DNA of 12,454 nucleotides from Candidatus Muiribacteriota bacterium (GTDB lineage Bacteria; Muiribacteriota; Muiribacteriia; Muiribacteriales; Muiribacteriaceae): NCBI GenBank assembly GCA_051747805.1, contig JBNJGP010000077.1, positions 1 to 12,454 of the forward strand, read 5' to 3'. Shown piece by piece: positions 1 to 8,095 of this stretch (position 1 is its first letter; each line of letters starts with the position of its first letter). The notes under the pieces were generated by a model. It saw only the letters and a program-made list of their open reading frames with translations, ran no database searches and was not told where the DNA came from. The position numbers and the translations under genes were made by a program.

Positions 1-50
1 GCCTGACCACAAAAGCCTTTTAAGAAAATTTGCTAAACTCAAGTTAATAA

Positions 51-734
51 TTAATTTTTTAAGGTTAATGTTTCACCAGAGTTAAGCATTTCTAACCGGA
101 AATGTCTGAAAGCATATTCAAAATCTGCCTCATCAACTTTTATCATATCAAATGTATTATAATGCATTGGAATAACAACTTTTGTTCTCAACCACTCGGC
201 AGCATGAATTGCATCATTTAAATCCATTGTGAAATTATCACCTACAGGTAGCATAGATACATAAATATCGTTAGTTTCTCCAAGCATTTTAAATTCATAC
301 GTTAAACCAGTGTCACCGGCATGATAAAGAAGCTTGCCTTCAATATCAATAAGCACACCTGCTGGACTACCCCCATAGGAGCCATCTTCAAAAGCCGAGC
401 CATGGTGAGCCGGAGTTAATTTAATAAAGCCCCAGTCAAATGTCTTTTTGCCGCCTATATGTAGCGGATGACATTTTAAACCTTTTTCTGAAAGTTTATT
501 ACAGATTTCAAAATTTGAAATAATAAGGGCCCCTGTTCTTTTAGAAATTTTTTCAGCATCTCCTAGATGATCTGCATGAGCATGCGTAACAACTATATAA
601 TGAGGTTCTATTGTATCAACAACATCCTCAGGCGAATTTGGATTTCCGGAAAAAAATGGGTCTATCAGAATTTTTTCTCCTTCTCCACCTTCAACCAAAA
701 AATTTGAATGTCCATAATAGGTTATTTTAATCAT
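51..734 (-). CDS. Metal-dependent hydrolase, metallo-beta-lactamase fold (UPF0173-like)
   Basis: 227 aa with YYGHS, LIDPF, THAHADH (HxHxDH), HAGDT and PMHY motifs; GAGGAGG RBS upstream. Confidence 0.9.
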   Translation of the reverse strand: MIKITYYGHSNFLVEGGEGEKILIDPFFSGNPNSPEDVVDTIEPHYIVVTHAHADHLGDAEKISKRTGALIISNFEICNKLSEKGLKCHPLHIGGKKTFDWGFIKLTPAHHGSAFEDGSYGGSPAGVLIDIEGKLLYHAGDTGLTYEFKMLGETNDIYVSMLPVGDNFTMDLNDAIHAAEWLRTKVVIPMHYNTFDMIKVDEADFEYAFRHFRLEMLNSGETLTLKN

Positions 735-758
735 ACAACCTCCTCAAAATTTTTAATA

Positions 759-767
759 ATTATAACA
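759..767 (-). promoter_or_regulatory. Putative extended -10 promoter of the MBL hydrolase
   Basis: Minus strand reads TGTTATAAT about 25 nt upstream of the start codon. Confidence 0.5.
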
Positions 768-842
768 GAAGTTTTTAAAATATTACAGGTAAAAAAGGTT
801 TTCCTGATAAATTAAGAATTGGTAAGTTGTTTTATATATAAT

Positions 843-871
843 TTGAAAAAATGGGTTTAAAATGTTAAATT
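843..871 (+). promoter_or_regulatory. Putative sigma70 promoter of the beta-barrel gene
   Basis: TTGAAA (843-848), 17 nt spacer, TAAATT (866-871) with a TG extension; RBS AAGGAGG at 905-911. Confidence 0.5.
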
Positions 872-918
872 TAATCTAATTCTCTATTAAAGGGAAAATT
901 ATTTAAGGAGGTTTTTTT

Positions 919-1449
919 ATGAAAAAAACTTTAGTTTTTTTAACAATTTTTTGCATGCTTTTTTTGACTGCTAATGCAAGAGAAGCTTATTATCAACCGG
1001 CTGAAACTATGTTAAATACTTCAGATGGTTTTCTTATGGCTGGTGATCTTATGATAACAGGGGACTCAGGGTTGCTGCTTGATTTTGAAGATACTGATAA
1101 CAAAATGGTCAATTTTACAATTGAAAGAATGACAACTGATACAATGTCACTTGGGGGAGAATTTAGTTACACTGATGGTGTTTTTACATTTGGTGGCGGT
1201 GGTTCCAATACTGCTTACGGTTTATTTGGTAATTATTATCTTTCGAATCCACCTTCCGAAGACGGAGCCGCTAATATTCCCTATTTTGGATTATTTTTTG
1301 GCGATAATGGCAACGATACCGGCTATGGTATTCATGTTGGATATAAAATGTTTGTAAGTGAAACAGTTGGTCTTGACGCCCAATATATTTACAGAGACTA
1401 CGATGCTGATTTCTCGCAGTTAAGAATCGGATTTTTATTCAGATTCTAA
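919..1449 (+). CDS. Outer-membrane beta-barrel protein (small, probably 8-stranded, OmpA/OmpW-like)
   Basis: Sec signal ending ANA-R; Gly/aromatic alternating strands; C-terminal LRIGFLFRF with terminal Phe (BAM-type signal). Confidence 0.75.
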   Translation: MKKTLVFLTIFCMLFLTANAREAYYQPAETMLNTSDGFLMAGDLMITGDSGLLLDFEDTDNKMVNFTIERMTTDTMSLGGEFSYTDGVFTFGGGGSNTAYGLFGNYYLSNPPSEDGAANIPYFGLFFGDNGNDTGYGIHVGYKMFVSETVGLDAQYIYRDYDADFSQLRIGFLFRF

Positions 1450-1472
1450 TAAAAGTTGCAGAATTCTTTAAT

Positions 1473-1504
1473 AAAAAAAAGACCGGATTTTCCGGTCTTT
1501 TTTT
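1473..1504. terminator. Bidirectional intrinsic terminator
   Basis: A8-GACCGGA-TTT-TCCGGTC-T7 between convergent genes. Confidence 0.9.
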
Positions 1505-1528
1505 ATTTAAACAAAAAAAGTTTTTTAA

Positions 1529-2317
1529 CTATCTCAATGGTGGTGGATCAAGAACAACCTCAGTTTCCGTAGCCTCTTCATGAATTAAATAGGTAGTTCC
1601 AGAAAGTTCCCAGTCAAGCTCTTTCCATGGAAGAAAATCCCAGAAACCTTTTTTTGCTCTATAAACTTCATAATAAACTTTGTTTTTTTCATACATTACT
1701 GTTGCTTTTGAGCTCAAAGTTTCTTTTGTTGAAAATTCAGTTTCTGCAACCTCTTTCATCTGGCCATTAACTTCCATTTCAACAACACCTTTTACATCAA
1801 ACCCCTCAATAGGAGCACCAGCATTCGCACCAGCTTTCATTTTCTGAGCAACAGAGAGTTCAATCATGAATTTATGTCTTTTATTTGATTCAAAATATCT
1901 TTCTTCAGTTTTCCAGTACTGCTGTAATAATTCTTTTTCTACTTCCTCTCCTCTTCTGTAATGATAATCAGGATCCTGGAAACCATAACCAGGAAAAAGC
2001 TCTTCCCTATCCATTGACTCAAGTTCTTTTACCAGTCTGTTAAATAAATGTTTTGATTCTTTTGGAACTTCTGCTAAAACATCAGATAATTCTGAAATTT
2101 TTTCAGGATTTGATTTTAAATAAGCTGCAAGTTCTTCCATATTATTATCAATAGCTCTAAGATTATCAATATAAATTTCCTCATGACCCTCATAAAGTGC
2201 GTCATTTGCTTCCCAATGAGTATTGATGATTTCATGTACTTCTGCCTCTACATTAAAATCTGCCGCAAAAAGTACAGTTGTAACCATCAGTGTTAAAATT
2301 AGTATAAGTTTTTTCAT
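1529..2317 (-). CDS. Secreted protein of unknown function, paralog A (262 aa)
   Basis: Start placed at MKKL (2317) because GGAGGA precedes it and paralog B starts at the same residue; signal peptide MKKLILILTLMVTTVLFA. Confidence 0.85.
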   Translation of the reverse strand: MKKLILILTLMVTTVLFAADFNVEAEVHEIINTHWEANDALYEGHEEIYIDNLRAIDNNMEELAAYLKSNPEKISELSDVLAEVPKESKHLFNRLVKELESMDREELFPGYGFQDPDYHYRRGEEVEKELLQQYWKTEERYFESNKRHKFMIELSVAQKMKAGANAGAPIEGFDVKGVVEMEVNGQMKEVAETEFSTKETLSSKATVMYEKNKVYYEVYRAKKGFWDFLPWKELDWELSGTTYLIHEEATETEVVLDPPPLR

Positions 2318-2323
2318 GTTTCC
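1560..2323. repeat. 764-bp direct repeat, copy 1
   Basis: Matches 2593-3356 at offset 1033; no mismatch found by eye. Confidence 0.95.
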
Positions 2324-2440
2324 TCCCATTCCTTTTCTTAATTTTAAATTCTACCTTAATTTTAATTGATTTTTTAATAAAAATCTACAATTTTTTTTAT
2401 CAAGAGAAGCAAAACTACCAAAAATTATGTTCTATCTAAA

Positions 2441-2470
2441 TTAAAAAAGCCGGTCTCCCGGCTTTTTTAA
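2441..2470 (-). terminator. Intrinsic terminator after paralog B
   Basis: TTAAAAAAGCCGG-TCTC-CCGGCTTTTTTAA, about 30 nt past the stop codon at 2499. Confidence 0.9.
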
Positions 2471-2498
2471 TATGTGAATATGTTATTGTTTAAAAAAT

Positions 2499-3350
2499 TT
2501 ATCTGGTTGGAGAAGTATTTGGAGCTTTTGGCGGTGTATTTGGTTGAGTTGCAGGACTATGGGATTGTACTCCGGGTGGATCTATAATTACTTCAGTTTC
2601 CGTAGCCTCTTCATGAATTAAATAGGTAGTTCCAGAAAGTTCCCAGTCAAGCTCTTTCCATGGAAGAAAATCCCAGAAACCTTTTTTTGCTCTATAAACT
2701 TCATAATAAACTTTGTTTTTTTCATACATTACTGTTGCTTTTGAGCTCAAAGTTTCTTTTGTTGAAAATTCAGTTTCTGCAACCTCTTTCATCTGGCCAT
2801 TAACTTCCATTTCAACAACACCTTTTACATCAAACCCCTCAATAGGAGCACCAGCATTCGCACCAGCTTTCATTTTCTGAGCAACAGAGAGTTCAATCAT
2901 GAATTTATGTCTTTTATTTGATTCAAAATATCTTTCTTCAGTTTTCCAGTACTGCTGTAATAATTCTTTTTCTACTTCCTCTCCTCTTCTGTAATGATAA
3001 TCAGGATCCTGGAAACCATAACCAGGAAAAAGCTCTTCCCTATCCATTGACTCAAGTTCTTTTACCAGTCTGTTAAATAAATGTTTTGATTCTTTTGGAA
3101 CTTCTGCTAAAACATCAGATAATTCTGAAATTTTTTCAGGATTTGATTTTAAATAAGCTGCAAGTTCTTCCATATTATTATCAATAGCTCTAAGATTATC
3201 AATATAAATTTCCTCATGACCCTCATAAAGTGCGTCATTTGCTTCCCAATGAGTATTGATGATTTCATGTACTTCTGCCTCTACATTAAAATCTGCCGCA
3301 AAAAGTACAGTTGTAACCATCAGTGTTAAAATTAGTATAAGTTTTTTCAT
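2499..3350 (-). CDS. Secreted protein of unknown function, paralog B (283 aa, Pro/Thr/Ser-rich tail)
   Basis: Identical to paralog A up to ETETEV-like C-terminal motif (EEATETEV), then IIDPPGVQSHSPATQPNTPPKAPNTSPTR; RBS AGGGGG. Confidence 0.85.
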   Translation of the reverse strand: MKKLILILTLMVTTVLFAADFNVEAEVHEIINTHWEANDALYEGHEEIYIDNLRAIDNNMEELAAYLKSNPEKISELSDVLAEVPKESKHLFNRLVKELESMDREELFPGYGFQDPDYHYRRGEEVEKELLQQYWKTEERYFESNKRHKFMIELSVAQKMKAGANAGAPIEGFDVKGVVEMEVNGQMKEVAETEFSTKETLSSKATVMYEKNKVYYEVYRAKKGFWDFLPWKELDWELSGTTYLIHEEATETEVIIDPPGVQSHSPATQPNTPPKAPNTSPTR

Positions 3351-3356
3351 GTTTCC
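2593..3356. repeat. 764-bp direct repeat, copy 2
   Basis: Matches 1560-2323. Confidence 0.95.
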
Positions 3357-3392
3357 CCCTTGTGATTTTACCTTATTTAACTCTTACAACGT

Positions 3393-3421
3393 ATTATAAG
3401 GTATTTCTTTTTAAATGTCTA
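3393..3421 (-). promoter_or_regulatory. Putative sigma70 promoter of paralog B
   Basis: Minus strand TAGACA (3421-3416), 17 nt spacer, TATAAT (3398-3393). Confidence 0.6.
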
Positions 3422-3548
3422 CAGCAATTCTCAATTTAGCCGAAAATCCTTTAGTGGTCAGGCCTACACACTTTGCTTTTTCGCAAAGTGATGTCGGCGC
3501 TGACCCCATCAAATCAAGGATTTTCTCTATTTTCATTGAGAATTGCTG
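3422..3548. mobile_element. MITE-like non-autonomous element, 127 bp
   Basis: Perfect 14-bp TIRs CAGCAATTCTCAAT (3422-3435) and ATTGAGAATTGCTG (3535-3548); 9-bp direct repeat AAATGTCTA at 3413-3421 and 3549-3557; nested internal inverted repeats; no ORF. Confidence 0.9.
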
Positions 3549-3641
3549 AAATGTCTATATGTTTTTTTACTTTTATTTATAAATTATATATAATACACTT
3601 AAATGTTTTATTGATATTAAAATGCTCTACAGGAGGCAACG

Positions 3642-4031
3642 TTGAATTTTAACAAGGGTAATATCATTCCGGGGCTTATTTTGATTTTTGGAGGAATTTT
3701 TCTGGCAGTTTATATAATTATTAACCTTTATTCTCATATTGAAATAATTATGTATCCAGATGTAAAGGCCGATGTAATTTTAAATGAGGAGAACAGAAAT
3801 TATGAATTAAGATATCGTATTAGTACCAAAAATTTTTATAAATCTATTCCCCGGGAAAAGGCTTCTTTTTTAAAAAATAAAGATGAGGTTAATATTTATT
3901 ATTTGCCGGACGACCCCGAAACAATCTTTTTTAAACCAGTCCTTTCGGCTAAATTTTTTATAGTCTTAATTGCTGGAATTTTTATATTAATATGGGGTAT
4001 GAGATTAATCCTGATTTCAAGTAAGAGGTAA
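3642..4031 (+). CDS. Small two-TM membrane protein, DUF3592-like
   Basis: TTG start with AGGAGG RBS; N- and C-terminal TM helices around a domain ending DEVNIYYLPDDPE. Confidence 0.65.
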   Translation: MNFNKGNIIPGLILIFGGIFLAVYIIINLYSHIEIIMYPDVKADVILNEENRNYELRYRISTKNFYKSIPREKASFLKNKDEVNIYYLPDDPETIFFKPVLSAKFFIVLIAGIFILIWGMRLILISSKR

Positions 4032-4040
4032 AATTTTAAT

Positions 4041-4829
4041 ATGAAGATTTTTTTACAAACTGCTCCAGATACTGTTAAAAAATATGTTAATTATGCTGAA
4101 AGGAATAACTTAAATATTGAGCTTGCCGATTTTCATCATCCAGAGCTTTTAAACTCTAAAAAACAGCTTAACAATCATATTCGATATGTAAAAAAATTAC
4201 TACAAAATTTTAATGGTATTCTTTCAATGCACGGCCCTTTTTTTTCAATGGATTTTATAACTAAAGACAGCCTAATATTAAAGGCTGTTAAAAGACAGCT
4301 TTCTAAATTCTTCAAAGTTGCAGATAGCCTGCAGGCCGATTTTGTTATTTTACATTCTCCTTATAATCCATTAATCACGAGTGGCTCTTACGATAGATTC
4401 TTTGTAACCGAATGTGTGAAATTTTTTTCTAATTTTCTTTTAGAAACAGATTACAAGGGAATTGTTTTATTCGAAAACATATGGGAACCTGTGCCGGATT
4501 TATTAATTGATATTACAAAAAAACTCAGTGTTAAACCAGATATTAATTTTGAAATTATTACAGATATTGGACACATTAATGTTTTTGGAAGTATTTCCAT
4601 GGCAGAATGGATAAAAAAAGTTTCCAGTTGCTGCAGATATTTTCATTTTTCAAACAATTTCGGAAAAAAAGATGACCATTATGATTTATTTAATGGTTCT
4701 ATAAATATCGAAAAAGTTGTACAGCATATTATGACAAACATTTCAAATCCACATATTACTCTTGAGGTTCATGATAATTTTGAGTTTATAGTAGATAACG
4801 TAAAATTCCTGAAATCTATTAATAAATAA
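4041..4829 (+). CDS. Sugar-phosphate isomerase/epimerase family (AP endonuclease 2 TIM barrel)
   Basis: SMHGPF, ILHS, LFEN, DIGH, HFSNN..DDH and TLEV metal-binding pattern. Confidence 0.85.
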   Translation: MKIFLQTAPDTVKKYVNYAERNNLNIELADFHHPELLNSKKQLNNHIRYVKKLLQNFNGILSMHGPFFSMDFITKDSLILKAVKRQLSKFFKVADSLQADFVILHSPYNPLITSGSYDRFFVTECVKFFSNFLLETDYKGIVLFENIWEPVPDLLIDITKKLSVKPDINFEIITDIGHINVFGSISMAEWIKKVSSCCRYFHFSNNFGKKDDHYDLFNGSINIEKVVQHIMTNISNPHITLEVHDNFEFIVDNVKFLKSINK

Positions 4830-5340
4830 AATATCCTGCAATTCCTGCTAATATCAGCACTAAAATTGGATTTAATTTAAAAAAGCATAATAAAAAAGAA
4901 ACAATACAAATTATCATGCCAGAAAAACTGTTTTGAATTTGAATAGCATCTGCCATTATAATTACAACAGACACTATTAAACCAGCCACAAATATTTTAA
5001 AGTTTTTAAAAAATTTTTCATGTAATTCAGGATGATTTTTTTTAAATTTATGTATTAAATAAAAAGCTGTTAATATGAGTATAAAAGATGGAAGCAAATT
5101 CGAAAAACTGGCAACTACTGCACCTGATAAACCAGCTATTTTATAACCTGTATAGGTTGAAACGTTCAAACCAATTGGTCCCGGAGTCATTTCAGCCAGA
5201 GCTACCAAATCAATAAACTCTGCTTTATAAATTCCATAAAAACGTGCCTCGTCCTGAATTAGGGTTATCATAGCATAACCACCGCCAAATCCAAGAAGAC
5301 CAATTTTAAAAAAAGAAACAAATAACATTAAATAAATCAT
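4819..5340 (-). CDS. chrA: Short-chain chromate ion transporter (CHR family), second subunit
   Basis: FFKIGLLGFGGG and AEMTPGP motifs; 173 aa, hydrophobic. Confidence 0.9.
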   Translation of the reverse strand: MIYLMLFVSFFKIGLLGFGGGYAMITLIQDEARFYGIYKAEFIDLVALAEMTPGPIGLNVSTYTGYKIAGLSGAVVASFSNLLPSFILILTAFYLIHKFKKNHPELHEKFFKNFKIFVAGLIVSVVIIMADAIQIQNSFSGMIICIVSFLLCFFKLNPILVLILAGIAGYFIY

Positions 5341-5900
5341 TATTTAAATTTTGTCCATATATATATAAATAAAATATTAAGAATAATTATTGTCAGCATT
5401 ACATAAAAAGTCGGAAGCTTTAAATAAACAATTGAAAAAACAATTAAAAACGGGATGATAATGTTTTTACAGTTAATTTTCGCCTTTTTTATGAAAAGAT
5501 GGGCACTTGCAGCTATTAATCCAATAACTGCCGGTCTAAGTCCAGAAAACACAGCCTCAACAACAGGATTTTCCTCTATGGCAGAAAAAAAAGAGGCCAA
5601 AATAACCATTACAGTAAAAGGAGCAAGTGCTGTTCCGCTTAATGCTGCCAACGCACCATAAAAACCACGTAATTTAAAACCAATTAAGGTGGCAAGATTT
5701 CCAACAAAGGTGCCCGGAAAAGATTGTGCCATTCCAGTTAAGTCTATAAAATCATCTGACTTTATCCATTTTTTCTTAAAGGAAATATTATTATGAAGCA
5801 GCGGAATCATCGCAAGACCGCCTCCAAGTGTAAAACTTGAAATACGTGCAAAAACCAAAAATATATTAACTAGTTTAACTTTACTATTTGAATTATTCAT
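5340..5900 (-). CDS. chrA: Short-chain chromate ion transporter (CHR family), first subunit
   Basis: FTLGGG, KKWI..DDF, AQSFPG and GLRPAVIGLI motifs; stop/start overlap with its partner. Confidence 0.9.
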   Translation of the reverse strand: MNNSNSKVKLVNIFLVFARISSFTLGGGLAMIPLLHNNISFKKKWIKSDDFIDLTGMAQSFPGTFVGNLATLIGFKLRGFYGALAALSGTALAPFTVMVILASFFSAIEENPVVEAVFSGLRPAVIGLIAASAHLFIKKAKINCKNIIIPFLIVFSIVYLKLPTFYVMLTIIILNILFIYIWTKFK

Positions 5901-6669
5901 TTTTTTTTATTTTCTTCAAATCAGAGAATATTTCGTTAATATCCTGATTCTGAATTATCTCTCTTATTTCAGGATCGGTTAATAATGCTCTAAGTTCAGG
6001 CTCTCTCATCAAATTAATAATTTCAGCAGGATTTGAAAGAGCTTTTTCAAGGTCAAGTTCATGCAGCTTTTCGACAAGTTCCGGTTTTTTCATAATTTCC
6101 ATAACTGTTTCATTATTCTTTAAATCATTTGCAAGACCCTCTATACTAGCAGGAGGTTCTGAAGATTCTTCCTTTTTAGATTCAGAAGCTGTTTGTATAT
6201 CATTTCCGGATAAATCAGGATTTGACATTAAGTTAGAGGCAATTGCCGAGTAATTTATAAACCTAGTTGTGTTTTTAAACGTGTTTAAAATTGGAGGGGG
6301 ACTTATTTCTGAGCCAGGCATAAAAATTAAGGCTATTTCAAATATTATAAGGGAAAAAGCAAATAAAAAGCCAACTTTTAAAAAACCTATAAAAAGTCCA
6401 AGCAGGTTATTTTTTATTTTTGAAAACGAGTCGCTTTCTTTAATACGTTTTTCTACAAGCATTCTTATAATAAAAATCCCTATAAATAAAAGAATATAAA
6501 GGGCAATTATTACCATAAAAGAATAACCTCTTGAGTACATTAAAATTCCTGATGCAAAAACTGCAAACATAAAAATAAAGCTGAAAAGTTCCGCTATTCC
6601 CCCCCGGAAAAATGATACCAGGGGGAAAATCACTAATATTGTTATAAAAAGTAAATTAATATTTGCCAT
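5893..6669 (-). CDS. CvpA-like membrane protein with acidic helical C-terminal extension
   Basis: Four TM segments with FFRGGIAELFS and NNLLGLFIGFLK patterns typical of CvpA; soluble tail after about residue 120. Confidence 0.6.
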   Translation of the reverse strand: MANINLLFITILVIFPLVSFFRGGIAELFSFIFMFAVFASGILMYSRGYSFMVIIALYILLFIGIFIIRMLVEKRIKESDSFSKIKNNLLGLFIGFLKVGFLFAFSLIIFEIALIFMPGSEISPPPILNTFKNTTRFINYSAIASNLMSNPDLSGNDIQTASESKKEESSEPPASIEGLANDLKNNETVMEIMKKPELVEKLHELDLEKALSNPAEIINLMREPELRALLTDPEIREIIQNQDINEIFSDLKKIKKNE

Positions 6670-6671
6670 TA

Positions 6672-7892
6672 TTATCTGCCTAAGATTTTTGATACTTTAG
6701 GAGCTCTGATTCTATGTGGCTGAGGAAATCCCGAACCAACCAGAGGTCTTCCATAAATATAAAATTTTTCTGTTACATTTTTTGTTTTTATATCATAAAA
6801 TTCTTTGGGCATTGTTTTTGTTTTTCCTGCTACCTCTTCAAGAGGAACTAATTCATAATCAACAGAGTAGTTTGCTTTTCTTTTAATTACTATTGAACCG
6901 TCTATATTTAACCACAGGGCAAACTGCGCCGCTTTTTCACCAACCTCTCTAGCCTCCTGTGCATCAACATTACTTACACAATCCATAAACGAGCGTTGAA
7001 GGTAGCCGTATGTATCACTTCTAACTCTTTTTATCGGTAATTTTTCTTTTATTTTGTTTGCAAGTAAATCTCCAAGAGCCCCAGTGCCTGAAAGTTGAAC
7101 GTTTCCGTGGGCATCTTTTTCAACTTTTTCCATAAGTCTGCTCACCATTGGGGTACCATCTTTGGCTGTTATTCCCTCACTAACGGCGGCAATACATCGT
7201 CCATATTTTTTATAAACTGAATCTACTTCTTTTATAAAATCATCTATATTAAAAGGATGTTCTGGTATATATACTAAATGTGGACCGTCATCTTCATACT
7301 TTTTTGCAAGTGAGGCTGCAGCAGTTAAAAATCCTGCATGTCTCCCCATAACAATTGCTAAATATACACCCGGAAGAGCTCTGTTGTCAAGATTAGCTCC
7401 CATTATTGCCTGAGCCACAAATCTGGCCGCTGAAGGGAATCCCGGAGTATGATCGTTTATAACAAGGTCATTGTCAACTGTTTTAGGGATATGAATGGCT
7501 CTGAACTCATAATCAGCCTCTTCTGCCTGCTCGTTAACAATTCTTACAGTATCTGCTGAATCATTACCACCTATATAGAAAAAATATCGAACTTCATGGG
7601 CTTTCAGTACTTTAAAAATTTCTTTACAGTATTTAACATCAGGTTTATCACGGGTTGATAAAAGTCCTGCCCCGGGAGTTTTCGCTACTTTTTCAAGGTT
7701 ATTGGTGGTTTCCATTGTTAAATCTATAAAATTTTCTTCAATAATTCCCCTGACTCCGTTGACGGCGCCATAAACTTTTGTTACCTGCGGAAATTTTCTT
7801 GATTCAAGTACGGCTCCAACTAGACTTTGATTAATTACTGCGGTTGGTCCTCCGCCCTGCGCAATTACTACTTTCCCTACTAATGTAGCCAT
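6672..7892 (-). CDS. pfp: Phosphofructokinase, probably pyrophosphate-dependent
   Basis: AQGGGPTAVIN, IGGND, PKTVDND, MGRHAG and GYLQR motifs; Asp and Lys at the two donor-specificity positions; AGGAGG RBS. Confidence 0.9.
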   Translation of the reverse strand: MATLVGKVVIAQGGGPTAVINQSLVGAVLESRKFPQVTKVYGAVNGVRGIIEENFIDLTMETTNNLEKVAKTPGAGLLSTRDKPDVKYCKEIFKVLKAHEVRYFFYIGGNDSADTVRIVNEQAEEADYEFRAIHIPKTVDNDLVINDHTPGFPSAARFVAQAIMGANLDNRALPGVYLAIVMGRHAGFLTAAASLAKKYEDDGPHLVYIPEHPFNIDDFIKEVDSVYKKYGRCIAAVSEGITAKDGTPMVSRLMEKVEKDAHGNVQLSGTGALGDLLANKIKEKLPIKRVRSDTYGYLQRSFMDCVSNVDAQEAREVGEKAAQFALWLNIDGSIVIKRKANYSVDYELVPLEEVAGKTKTMPKEFYDIKTKNVTEKFYIYGRPLVGSGFPQPHRIRAPKVSKILGR

Positions 7893-8036
7893 AAAAAAAT
7901 CCTCCTTTAATATTTAACAAGATTTCCTCATTTATAAGCATTAATACCTGTCTTTTTTATTTAGTTTTCAGTTATTACTAAATTTTCTTTATTATAACTA
8001 ATTTATAAATTGAAAGCAATCAACTAATTTAAAGAC

Positions 8037-8095
8037 CAGCAATTCTCAATAAGAATTTTTTAGTAATAAATTTTAAACTTGAAAGGCCTGACCCC
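8037..8095. repeat. Partial copy of the MITE family (one TIR plus GGCCTGACCCC motif)
   Basis: Exact CAGCAATTCTCAAT at 8037-8050; GGCCTGACCCC at 8085-8095; no second TIR seen. Confidence 0.65.

Noticed and set aside
1151..1357. 68-aa alternative-frame ORF
   Set aside because: Nested in the beta-barrel gene, TTG start, no clear RBS.
2318..2329. Upstream start MGGN for paralog A
   Set aside because: These codons are the RBS itself; paralog B supports the start at 2317.
2574..2592. DGR-like pattern: the first five mismatches between the paralog tails all have A in copy B (coding strand)
   Set aside because: Covers only about 12 nt of AT-rich DNA, the next mismatch breaks the rule, adenines in the 764-bp repeat are invariant, and no reverse transcriptase is in the window.
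3469..3490. Central MITE hairpin as an intrinsic terminator or attC site
   Set aside because: No U-tract follows on either strand, there are no RYYYAAC/GTTRRRY ends, and TIR plus TSD explains the element better.
5455..5661. 68-aa + strand ORF
   Set aside because: Antisense shadow of chrA.
6269..6499. 76-aa + strand ORF
   Set aside because: Antisense to TM-coding DNA; the K/I richness mirrors F/L/I codons on the coding strand.
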